Below, piece by piece: positions 1 through 8,740 of a stretch of DNA of 64,000 nucleotides. The stretch covers positions 50,458 to 114,457 of the forward strand of contig CAZDFQ010000001.1 in the NCBI GenBank assembly GCA_964505005.1, written 5' to 3'. The notes beneath the pieces were generated by a model. It saw only the letters and a program-made list of their open reading frames with translations, ran no database searches and had not been told where the DNA came from. Numbering within the stretch: position 1 is the first letter of the stretch; each line of letters begins with the position of its first letter. The translations under genes and the position numbers were made by a program. This stretch comes from an uncultured Candidatus Saccharibacteria bacterium. Lineage in GTDB: Bacteria; Patescibacteriota; Minisyncoccia; UBA6257; 2-01-FULL-56-20.

Positions 1-944
1 ATTTCTTTTTCAGCTTTGGAATGCCAGCCGAGCAGTCCCATAAAATTGACCATGGCTTCGGGTAAATATCCCATATCCCGGTAGGCCAGGACAGAAGTGG
101 CCGCCTGGCGCGAAGAAAGTTTGCTGCGGTCAGGCGCAAGAATCAAGGGAATGTGGGCATAGGCCGGCGTTTCAAAACCGAGGGCTTTTTGGAAAAGAAT
201 TTGTTTGGGCGTGTTGGAAATGTGGTCTTCACCCCTGATGACGTGGCTAATTTTCATTTCTTCATCATCGATAACAGCCGCAAAATTATAAAGTGGAATG
301 AATTCATATTTGTGGGCCTGTCGAACCATCTCCCCTGCCCTATCGGTTTCCTCGATTCTGGCAATCGGCAAATCCCCGAAAAGTGCCGCATCAAATGAAA
401 CCTTACCCCGGATTAAATCTTTGAATTCGATTTTTGTTTCCGGCGTTTTGAATCTGATTAATTGCGGTTTTTCATCTGGCGCCGGCTTTTGAATGTTCCG
501 GCAATGGCCGCCGTATTTGGGAGGCAGTCCCTCGGCTAAAAGCGCCTGACGTTCAGCTTCTAATTTTTCTTTGGGGCAATAACAATAATAAGCCCGTTCT
601 TCTTTAAGAAGTTTTTCGAGATACTTTCTGTAAATGTCCAATCGCTCGCTTTGTCGATACGGCCCGTAATCACCGACATAGCTTTTAGCTTTGAGCTTTG
701 AGCTTTGAGGGGCGGGGCCTTCGTCCCATTTCAGTCCCAGCCATTTTAAACTTTCGAGAATCGCGTCTTCGTATTCTTTTTTAGAGCGTTCTTTATCTGT
801 ATCTTCGATGCGCAGAATAAAAACACCATTATGTTGTCTCGCAAATAGCCAGTTAAAAAGACCGGTCCGGGCATTGCCTAAGTGAAAAGGACCGGTAGGG
901 CTTGGCGCCAAACGCACCCGCACTGCTTTTGGGGCGGTTATCAT
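1..944 (-). CDS. gltX: glutamate--tRNA ligase, N-terminal ~314 aa (C-terminus lies beyond window edge)
   Basis: Minus-strand translation from ATG at 944-942 gives MITAPKAVRVRLAPSPTGPFHLGNARTGLFNWLFARQHNGVFILRIEDTDKERS...LKWDEGP with the class I HIGH motif; absent from ORF track because it runs off the window. Confidence 0.8.
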   Translation of the reverse strand, partial: MITAPKAVRVRLAPSPTGPFHLGNARTGLFNWLFARQHNGVFILRIEDTDKERSKKEYEDAILESLKWLGLKWDEGPAPQSSKLKAKSYVGDYGPYRQSERLDIYRKYLEKLLKEERAYYCYCPKEKLEAERQALLAEGLPPKYGGHCRNIQKPAPDEKPQLIRFKTPETKIEFKDLIRGKVSFDAALFGDLPIARIEETDRAGEMVRQAHKYEFIPLYNFAAVIDDEEMKISHVIRGEDHISNTPKQILFQKALGFETPAYAHIPLILAPDRSKLSSRQAATSVLAYRDMGYLPEAMVNFMGLLGWHSKAEKE

Positions 945-1312
945 ATAATAAATCTATCATTTTTAGCCGAAAAATCAATAAAAACTTGCTAGGCGGCGTT
1001 AGAAAAGCAGAGATTCTGCCGACAGACAGGAGTATTTTTAACATCGAACCTTGCTTTGGCGAGGAGGACAGAAAGATAGTAGGGCGGTGATGCATCGCAA
1101 TGGTCGAATTGCCGCGCGTTAAGGCAGTTTCGGTTTTGGAAGCTATTAGAGGTGTTATGCCCGGGCATAACATTATTATTTCGTCGCGTTATAAATAGCT
1201 GTTATCTCGACCACTGATAAAACCCGTTGTAGATGCGGACATCGCCGACGACGACCAGGAACTCGACCAGAGTGAAAGCCCTCCGGTCTTTACAAGAAAA
1301 ACAAGATAATTT

Positions 1313-2461
1313 TTATTTGATACTGATTTTCAGAATTTCTTCAGTAATAGTTTCCGCGGCTTGCGGTTTGAAGAATTTTCCCGAAGCCAAGCTCATCTTA
1401 TTTAAAATATCCTGATCTCCAAGAAGCTTTTTAATCTGACCAAGAAAAATTCCCGGCAAAAGATTGACTTCTTCGATTACCAAAGCCGCTCCAGTTTTGG
1501 CGAATTCGTAGGCATTAAGGCGCTGATGGTCATTAGCTGATTCCAGTATCGGAATGAGAATCGCCGGTTTAGCAAAAGCGGCAATTTCAAAAATCGTATT
1601 ACTGCCGGCCCTGGCGACTATCAAGTCGGCGGCGGAAAGAACGGTTTTTAAATTATTTTCAAGATAGGCCACTGCTTGATAACGATTCTTGAGTTCGATT
1701 TTAAGGGGAACCTCCAGCAGCGCGGCCCGGGAAAGTTTTTCGACTTCGGCGATATTGGCCGCACCGGTTTGATGAAGAATTTGAGTTAATGGCATCAGGT
1801 CTTTCAAAATCAACAGAAGCAAATTATTTATCCGCTGGCTGCCCTGCGAGCCGCCGAGAACAAACACCAACGGCTGAACCGATAAAAAACCGAGTTCTTC
1901 TTTGGCCTGTTCTTTTGTCAGTCGTTCCTTTAAAAGAAAACTTCTGACTGGCGTGCCAACAACCGTAGTTTTCTTGGAATTGAAATAATTTTGCGCCCGT
2001 TCAAAGCTTACGGCAATGCGTTTCGCGAATGGCGCAGAAAGCAAATTATTGAGACCGGGCTGGGCGTCCGATTCGTGAAGCATCACCGGAATTCTGTAGA
2101 ACCAGGCAGCCAGCACTACCGGAAAAGCGCCGCTGCCGCCTTTGGAAAAAACAGCGTCGGGCATAAACCAGAACATTTTAAAAAATGCCTGAGCCAGTCC
2201 GATGAAAAATTTCGGGACATCGAGAAGATTGAGAAGCGAGAAATACCTTCTGATTTTGCCGGCAGTCACCGAGCTGAATTTCAGGCCGGAATTTTCAAGG
2301 AGAGATTTATAATTATCAGGCGGACCGAAATATCTGAACTCGATGTAAGTCGCCTTCTCCGCCGCTTTTTTTTGTAATGCTTCAGCGACGGCCAACAAAG
2401 GATAAATGTGTCCCCCACTCCCTCCGCCCGTCAAAGCGATTCTTGTCTGCTGCTGTTTCAT
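1313..2461 (-). CDS. murG: undecaprenyldiphospho-muramoylpentapeptide beta-N-acetylglucosaminyltransferase MurG
   Basis: 382 aa; N-terminal IALTGGGSGGHIYPLLAVAEAL glycosyltransferase family 28 signature; adjacent to ftsW. Confidence 0.9.
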   Translation of the reverse strand: MKQQQTRIALTGGGSGGHIYPLLAVAEALQKKAAEKATYIEFRYFGPPDNYKSLLENSGLKFSSVTAGKIRRYFSLLNLLDVPKFFIGLAQAFFKMFWFMPDAVFSKGGSGAFPVVLAAWFYRIPVMLHESDAQPGLNNLLSAPFAKRIAVSFERAQNYFNSKKTTVVGTPVRSFLLKERLTKEQAKEELGFLSVQPLVFVLGGSQGSQRINNLLLLILKDLMPLTQILHQTGAANIAEVEKLSRAALLEVPLKIELKNRYQAVAYLENNLKTVLSAADLIVARAGSNTIFEIAAFAKPAILIPILESANDHQRLNAYEFAKTGAALVIEEVNLLPGIFLGQIKKLLGDQDILNKMSLASGKFFKPQAAETITEEILKISIK

Positions 2462-2631
2462 AATAGAATCCCAAATCTAATTTATTCAGAATAATATAAG
2501 TTTGGATAATTTAAAATCTCTAATCTCTAAATCCTAATTTCTAAACAATCTCAAATTTAAAAATTCAAAATGGTTTGAGATTTGATATTTGGATTTGTTT
2601 AAGATTTAGAGATTAGGATTTAGGATTTTAA
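2462..2631. repeat. composite palindromic intergenic repeat (family 1: AAATCTC/TAAATCC/TAATTTC units, two inverted arms)
   Basis: aaaatctctaatctctaaatcctaatttctaaacaatctcaaat ... atttgagatttgatatttggatttgtttaagatttagagattaggatttagg inverted arms seen directly. Confidence 0.7.
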
Positions 2632-3741
2632 TTATGTATATTTTGAAATATTTACAGCTATGCCACTTAAAGTTAGGAAAATCGCCAAAGCCGTACCGCC
2701 GTAACTGATAAAAGGAAGCGGCACTCCGGTTAAAGGCAGAAGTCCGGAAAGCGCGCCCATATTGACGATGGACTGAAAGGCCAGCAAGCAGCCGAAGCCG
2801 ACTAAAATTAATTGCCCAAATTTATCGCGTAAATCTTTAGCCAACCAGAAAAGCCGGAAAACCAGCAGGGCGAAAATGATTATCAGCGCGCCCGCGCCAA
2901 TGAACCCGAGTTCTTCGGCCGCCACGGCGAAAATCGAATCGCCGAAAGCCGATGGCAGATAGCTGATTTTGCTCGTCGAGCGGCCGTAGCCCAGGCCCCA
3001 TAAACCGCCGGAGCCAATGGCAATTAGCGCCTGATTTATCTGGTAACTCGCTCCCGTCGCATCATTTGCCGGTTTTAAGAAAGTGGTGATTCTTTGGAGC
3101 CGGTAAGGAGTAAACCAAATTATCAATCCCAGAAGCGCCAGACCGATAAAAGCGACTGTAAAGATGTGTCTTAATTTTGCGCCGCTGGAAAAATACATTA
3201 TCATTCCCGTGCCGAGAAGAATGACGACGGTGCTGGTGGCCGGTTGAAGAAACAGAAGCATGGCGATTAAGCCGGAAACAATCAAGAATGGTAGAAAGCC
3301 GGTGGAAAATTCTTCGCTTCTATTCATTTTAGGATTGCCCAACCAGGCAGCTAAATAAATAATGAAGGTCAGTTTGACTATTTCCGCGGGCTGGAACACG
3401 AAAGAACCGAAATTCAACCAGCGGTTGGCGCCGCCGCTCGCCACGCCTAATTTGGTGAAAACCAGCGCCAATAATCCCAGGCTGAGCAATAAAAGAATAA
3501 AAGCAATCTTCCGATAATTTTGATAATAAACCACCGAAGTGATTAAAAATCCTAGCAATCCGAATGAGAGCCCGTAAAAAATCTGATGTTTAAGATAGTA
3601 ATAGCTGTCTCCAAATCTCGATTTCCCCACTTCCGAAGAAGCGCTGGCCAAAATTACCAGGCCGGCCACGGTTAAAAGGAAGATAATGCTGACCAGAAAA
3701 TAATCCGGCCGATGCCCTCTTTTTATTAATTTGGTTGTCAT
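2632..3741 (-). CDS. ftsW: SEDS family cell division/elongation protein FtsW/RodA
   Basis: 369 aa polytopic membrane protein with typical FtsW/RodA C-terminal region; murG neighbour. Confidence 0.8.
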   Translation of the reverse strand: MTTKLIKRGHRPDYFLVSIIFLLTVAGLVILASASSEVGKSRFGDSYYYLKHQIFYGLSFGLLGFLITSVVYYQNYRKIAFILLLLSLGLLALVFTKLGVASGGANRWLNFGSFVFQPAEIVKLTFIIYLAAWLGNPKMNRSEEFSTGFLPFLIVSGLIAMLLFLQPATSTVVILLGTGMIMYFSSGAKLRHIFTVAFIGLALLGLIIWFTPYRLQRITTFLKPANDATGASYQINQALIAIGSGGLWGLGYGRSTSKISYLPSAFGDSIFAVAAEELGFIGAGALIIIFALLVFRLFWLAKDLRDKFGQLILVGFGCLLAFQSIVNMGALSGLLPLTGVPLPFISYGGTALAIFLTLSGIAVNISKYT

Positions 3742-3748
3742 TGTAGTT

Positions 3749-5287
3749 TCAAGCGCGTTTCAATATTTTCCCGTTAAATATGTTTTGAGGAACGCCGTCT
3801 TTGACAGCCACCCGGCCATTAACCACAACGAATTTTATCTCCACACCAAAATTTTTGGTATGGGGATTTGCTTTATTATTTCTGAAGACAACCAAGTCAG
3901 CGAAATTTCCTTCTCTTATTTCGCCTCGGCCGCGAAGATTGAATTTCTTTGCTGGTTCCAGAGTAATTTTTTTGATGGCTTCTTCGAGAGGCATCAAGCT
4001 TTCACGTTGAATCAGTTCCAGAAATTTTGTGAAAGTCGAGAAGGCGCGCTCTGGCTTGAAAATTCTTTCTTTCGGATTGTCTGGGAAACTGGCGGCGTTG
4101 GAAGCGACCAGCGAACGAGAATGACGAAGAGCGGCTTCGACCAGTTCCCGGTTGATATTCCGATAATGAATTACCGCCCGCAGTTTGGTGCTCCGCATCA
4201 ATCGGGAAAGCGCCTCGGCTGTGCCCTCTGAGCCGTATAATTCTTTCAATTCCGCCAAAGAATGGCCGACCAAAGATTCGTTTCTCGGCGCCCGACTGAC
4301 AATGAAATTTTCGCTCTGGATTGGCGGGAAATCTTTTTCGATTTTAGTTCTTTGCCACTCGTCTTCCAATAAGGCATTCATGGTTTCCCAGTTATCTTTT
4401 TGCGCCCAAATAGGCAAAAAAGTGTGAAGCGGAATCAGAATGGCGTCGTCGAGATAAAGGTCGAAATGGAAATCTCTATCGGCGGGCAAGCGGTCGAATT
4501 TTTCCAGCGCCTGCTGATAAAGATTTTCTTCGCCGAAATGCGGCAGAAAATGGCTGAGCAGGACTTTGACCGATGTCTCATTGGAAAGCTTTATCGTCTC
4601 GTCAGCCGATTCGAGCAGCTCGGAGCCGCTTTTCCGAAGATGAGTGGCATAGACGCCACCATAATTTTTTACAAGCTTAGCCAGAAATTTTATTTCCGAC
4701 TCCGACGTTTCCCGGCCATGGGCATAGCCCAAGCCGGTGGAAAGACCCAAGCCCCCTTCGGCCAAGGCCTGCTTCAGTATTTTGGAAAAAATTTTTAATT
4801 CGTTTTTAGTGAGATTTCTTGATGATTCGCCGATAAGGTCGCGACGGATGGTCGAATGGCCAATCAGAGTCCCGAAATTAACAGCCAACCTCCGTTTTTC
4901 CAAAACACTCAGAAACTCTTTCATCGTGTGCCAATTGACATTGATTTTATCTATGTCGGCCCATTTGCGGATGGATTCCAAGCTCCCATAAAGAAGCGGG
5001 GCGAGAGAGGCGCCGCAGTGACCGCCGATGATGGTCGTTGCGCCTTGCTTCAAAAAATCCTCCTGCCCCGGGTCGCTGAAAATTGTCAGACAATGGTCGG
5101 AGTCGGTATTAACATCAATGAAACCAGGACTTAAATAAGCTCCTTGGCCGTCAATTATTTCATCAGCGCCTCGGGAGGGAAAATTGCCGAAAGCCGAAAT
5201 TTTTTCACCACTGATGAAAATGTCGATTTTCGGCGGCAGTTTATAAGGAGAGCCGAGCACCTGGACGTTTTTGATAAGAAGGGTCAT
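3749..5287 (-). CDS. amidohydrolase family protein (D-aminoacylase-like; metal-binding HxH degenerate: GFIDVNTDSDH)
   Basis: 512 aa; N-terminal IKNVQV...GFIDV fold signature of Amidohydro_3 / N-acyl-D-amino-acid deacylase-like proteins. Confidence 0.5.
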   Translation of the reverse strand: MTLLIKNVQVLGSPYKLPPKIDIFISGEKISAFGNFPSRGADEIIDGQGAYLSPGFIDVNTDSDHCLTIFSDPGQEDFLKQGATTIIGGHCGASLAPLLYGSLESIRKWADIDKINVNWHTMKEFLSVLEKRRLAVNFGTLIGHSTIRRDLIGESSRNLTKNELKIFSKILKQALAEGGLGLSTGLGYAHGRETSESEIKFLAKLVKNYGGVYATHLRKSGSELLESADETIKLSNETSVKVLLSHFLPHFGEENLYQQALEKFDRLPADRDFHFDLYLDDAILIPLHTFLPIWAQKDNWETMNALLEDEWQRTKIEKDFPPIQSENFIVSRAPRNESLVGHSLAELKELYGSEGTAEALSRLMRSTKLRAVIHYRNINRELVEAALRHSRSLVASNAASFPDNPKERIFKPERAFSTFTKFLELIQRESLMPLEEAIKKITLEPAKKFNLRGRGEIREGNFADLVVFRNNKANPHTKNFGVEIKFVVVNGRVAVKDGVPQNIFNGKILKRA

Positions 5288-5367
5288 ACTTATTAATTAT
5301 AGCAAAAATATCTGCAGCCCTTATAGTTTGCTACTTTTTAAAAACCATAGCGGTGAAGCCGTGGCTA

Positions 5368-5497
5368 AAATTTCTAATTTCTAAACCCTAATTTCTAAAC
5401 AATCTCAAAATCAAAATCTCAAAACATTTTGGATTTTAAACATTTGGATTTATTTAGAGATTAGAAATTAGGATTTAGAGATTAATTATTCGGATGC
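5368..5497. repeat. composite palindromic intergenic repeat (family 1)
   Basis: ctaatttctaaaccctaatttctaaacaatctcaaaatcaaaatctcaaaa ... tttggatttatttagagattagaaattaggatttagagatt. Confidence 0.7.
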
Positions 5498-5512
5498 ATT
5501 TGCAGACTGAGA

Positions 5513-6382
5513 TTACTTTTCTGTAAAAATTTTCAGTTTATTATTATCAACAGCTGCTTCTATAGTGCCGCTCAAGTCCGTCCGGAAAATGTTCGCTGAA
5601 ACAGAAGCTAAACGGGCAAGCGCTTCTTTGGTCGGGTGCCCGTAAGGATTGCGGCTGCCGACCTCGATGACGGCAACCGCCGGCCGGACCGCTTTCAAAA
5701 ATTCTTCAGACGAAGAATATTTCGACCCGTGATGGGGAACTTTCAATATATCGGCTTTGACATTGAAATCATTAATGAGCGTTCGTTCGATATCCGAATC
5801 AATATCGGCCGTCAGCAGAACTTTCGCGCCGCCGGCATTCAGCAAGCCAATCAGGCCGGTGTCGTTTAATTCAGCGCTTTGAAGCAAATTGCTGTCAGGC
5901 AGCAAAAAATCCAGGCGGCTGTTGATATAACTAATCGAATCTCCGCCGGCCAAAGTCAGAAGAGGAACGTTTTTCTCCTTTATCTTTTGAAGAAGAGTTT
6001 TCCAGTCGTCGAGAGCAGCTGAGTCCGAGCGACCGTTAAAAATAAAAGCGCCAACCCGATAGTTTTCGAGGAGGTATTTAAAGCCGTTGAAATGGTCGAG
6101 TTGGGAGTGGGAAATAACAGCGATGTCGATGTAACGGTCGGTTAAGGCAGGGATTTTTTCGAGCTCCGAGAGTATTTTTTTGTCCGGCCCGGCATCGACC
6201 AATATTTTGACATTGGCAGGCAGAATAGCCAATTCCGCATCGCCCTGACCGACATCGAGAAAATAGAAATGCGGCTGACCAACCGGCTTGCCAAAAATAA
6301 TTCGTTGCCATAAAAAAACATCAAAAACTGCCAGTAAGAGAAATGAAATAATAATTAAATTATCAAATTTTTTCTTATCCAT
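5513..6382 (-). CDS. comEC: ComEC/Rec2 C-terminal metallo-beta-lactamase domain protein (split comEC, part 2)
   Basis: 289 aa; N-terminal TM helix; MBL motifs ISHSQLDH ... VPHHGS; start ATG overlaps stop of upstream ComEC N-part by 8 nt (ATGGATAA). Confidence 0.75.
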   Translation of the reverse strand: MDKKKFDNLIIISFLLLAVFDVFLWQRIIFGKPVGQPHFYFLDVGQGDAELAILPANVKILVDAGPDKKILSELEKIPALTDRYIDIAVISHSQLDHFNGFKYLLENYRVGAFIFNGRSDSAALDDWKTLLQKIKEKNVPLLTLAGGDSISYINSRLDFLLPDSNLLQSAELNDTGLIGLLNAGGAKVLLTADIDSDIERTLINDFNVKADILKVPHHGSKYSSSEEFLKAVRPAVAVIEVGSRNPYGHPTKEALARLASVSANIFRTDLSGTIEAAVDNNKLKIFTEK

Positions 6383-7802
6383 CTTGTGGTGGGCCTATCG
6401 AACCGTAATAGCGGATAAAAATAATCAAGCCGCTGTAGTAGATGATTAGAAGAAACCAGCTGAAATTCATTTTTAGCGGCAACTGGAGTTTTGAAAATAA
6501 TTTTATTACCAACAATTCGTATTTAAGAAGAATATTAACGACCTGGCTGAACAAAAAAGCGATGGGGTTCAATAGCAAGGCAGCGGCGGCCAGCGAAAAT
6601 CCCAAAAACATCGTCAGGGGCACGAATTCCAGAATCAAAATGTTGGCGAAAATGCCGGTTAAAGAAAATTGGTTGAAATTCTGGATTAAAATCGGCACCA
6701 CGGCCAGTTGGGCCGAAAGCGTTGTCAGAGCATTGTCTTTCCAAGAAAGAAAATTGGCGGTGGCTGATTCGTCTTTAAGCCGGAAAAATTTTTTAAAAGC
6801 CGGCTCCAAATAGACAATGCCGAGCAAGCTGGCAAACGACAGAATAAAACCGAGGTCGAGAATTACGACCGGTTCAAAAAAAGCCATAAAAGCCGCGGTC
6901 AGAGCAATGCCGTTTCTGAAACTGGGCAACCTTCCGGTTTCTTTGGCCAAAAGCGCAAGGAATCCCATTAAGGCGGCCCGGAGCACTGAGGCTTCGGCGC
7001 CGACCATCATCACGAATAAAAAAATAATCAGGCCGGTCAGAAGAAATTTGAGCCGTCGCGAAAAAAATCTGCCGAAAACAGCGGCTGTAGCAATGACTAA
7101 AATGGTGATATTGTAGCCGGAAAGGGCCACCAAATGAGTGGTGCCGCTTAAAGACATCTGTTGTTTTAAATCATTGGAAAATCCGCCCCGCCAACCAAAG
7201 GTCAACCCGCTGAGTAAAGCCGCGCTGTCGGTTGATAAAAAATTGTTGAACCTGGAAACCAATAGTTTTTTCAGTTTAATCAATTTTTCTTTCAGCCAAA
7301 AACCGCGATGAGCAGCGGAAGTTTCGATTTTCGGGAAAAGCAAAATCGGCCCTGATGTTTGGTCAGCCGGCGGTTCGATTATCCCCTCTCCCTTCACGAC
7401 ATCACCGTAATTTATTTCCGGCGACAGCGAAGCGAAAACCGAAACCCCGCCTTTTAATGGCGGCAAAAGTTCTATTTCCAATTTCTGGAATTTTTCTCCC
7501 AGCGAGGGTTCGCTGCTGACGATGCCGGAAAAAAGAATTTTTTTATTGTAGACGATATTCCGGCTGTCCCCCAGCGCCGTATTGTAAAATCGGTAATAAA
7601 AAATTCCGAAGAGAAACAGAAAAAATACTAAGATGAGAGTTTTCGGATTGAAGCGCTGCCGAATTATCTTCAAAAAATAAAAGAGCGGTGCCAACAAAAT
7701 TAAGTATAAACTTATCCCCAAACCGGCGATAACCAGCCCTAATAAAAACGAGATTGCGCCGTAAAATAGTATGTCGCTGGCTGCCGGTTTATCGTTTTCC
7801 AT
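6375..7802 (-). CDS. comEC: ComEC/Rec2 competence membrane-channel domain protein (split comEC, part 1)
   Basis: 475 aa, multi-TM, ComEC competence domain-like (…LSGTTHLVALSGYNITIL…). Confidence 0.7.
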   Translation of the reverse strand: MENDKPAASDILFYGAISFLLGLVIAGLGISLYLILLAPLFYFLKIIRQRFNPKTLILVFFLFLFGIFYYRFYNTALGDSRNIVYNKKILFSGIVSSEPSLGEKFQKLEIELLPPLKGGVSVFASLSPEINYGDVVKGEGIIEPPADQTSGPILLFPKIETSAAHRGFWLKEKLIKLKKLLVSRFNNFLSTDSAALLSGLTFGWRGGFSNDLKQQMSLSGTTHLVALSGYNITILVIATAAVFGRFFSRRLKFLLTGLIIFLFVMMVGAEASVLRAALMGFLALLAKETGRLPSFRNGIALTAAFMAFFEPVVILDLGFILSFASLLGIVYLEPAFKKFFRLKDESATANFLSWKDNALTTLSAQLAVVPILIQNFNQFSLTGIFANILILEFVPLTMFLGFSLAAAALLLNPIAFLFSQVVNILLKYELLVIKLFSKLQLPLKMNFSWFLLIIYYSGLIIFIRYYGSIGPPQDG

Positions 7803-7885
7803 TACACAAAGAACAAGAAACGAGAACGACTATTGCCTTGAGAAACGGGAGATTAGGACAAAATACAATCCTAATTTTTAATTTC

Positions 7886-8602
7886 TCATCTCTTATATTT
7901 CGTTTGTTTTTCCCTATACTCGGCTATTTTTTTGTGGTTGCCGGTTAAAAGCACTTTGGGAACCAGATATTTTTTGCCTTTGTAAACAAAGACTTCCGGC
8001 CGCGTATAATGAGGGTATTCGAGCGCCTGTCTGCTGGAAGCGCTTTTCTCCTTTTTAACGAGCCCTCCGAAATATGATTCCTCTCGGAGCGATTCCCATT
8101 TGATGGCGCCGGGCAGGAGACGGGTGACGGCTGAAATAATAATCATGGCCGCCACATCGCCGTCGGTCAAAACATACGGCCCGATGGAAATTTCTTCTGC
8201 TTTCAGTATCTTTTTAACTCGCTCATCAATTCCTTCGTAGCGGCCGCTTATTAAAATAAGGCGGTCGTACTTTTTCGCCCAATCATACGCCATTTTTTGC
8301 GTAAATTGCTTCCCTTTTGCGGAAAAAATGATTATTTTAGTTTTCCGCCGCTTTTTAAATTTCTTTGATACTTGATAAGTGATATGTGATACAGTTCGCA
8401 GTATTGGCTCAGCCATCAACACCATACCGGCACCGCCGCCATAGGGTTTATCGTCGACTTTGCGGTGTTTATCGGTCGAGAAATCGCGAAGATTATGAAC
8501 GGCGACTTTAATAATCCTTCCTTTTAAAGCGCGTTTCAAAATGGATTTATCAAAATAAGAATCGAAAATATTCGGGAAAATGGTGATAATATCAAACTGC
8601 AT
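7886..8602 (-). CDS. trmD: tRNA (guanine37-N1)-methyltransferase TrmD
   Basis: 238 aa; MQFDIITIFPNIFDSYFDKSILKRA... canonical TrmD N-terminus. Confidence 0.9.
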   Translation of the reverse strand: MQFDIITIFPNIFDSYFDKSILKRALKGRIIKVAVHNLRDFSTDKHRKVDDKPYGGGAGMVLMAEPILRTVSHITYQVSKKFKKRRKTKIIIFSAKGKQFTQKMAYDWAKKYDRLILISGRYEGIDERVKKILKAEEISIGPYVLTDGDVAAMIIISAVTRLLPGAIKWESLREESYFGGLVKKEKSASSRQALEYPHYTRPEVFVYKGKKYLVPKVLLTGNHKKIAEYREKQTKYKR

Positions 8603-8740
8603 CTGAGTTCTTTGTTTAGCTATTCCGTATCATCCGCAGACAATTCGCATCATCCGCATTATGCTAAGCCGCTTGAACATAATGCTAATCTGCGAATGAA
8701 TGCGAATGATGCGAATAGTCATTCAGTTTTTTATTTTTAT
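8603..8740. repeat. intergenic repeat (family 2: GCGAATG/CATCCGCA units, palindromic)
   Basis: catccgcattatgctaagccgcttgaacataatgctaatctgcgaatgaatgcgaatgatgcgaatag. Confidence 0.6.
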
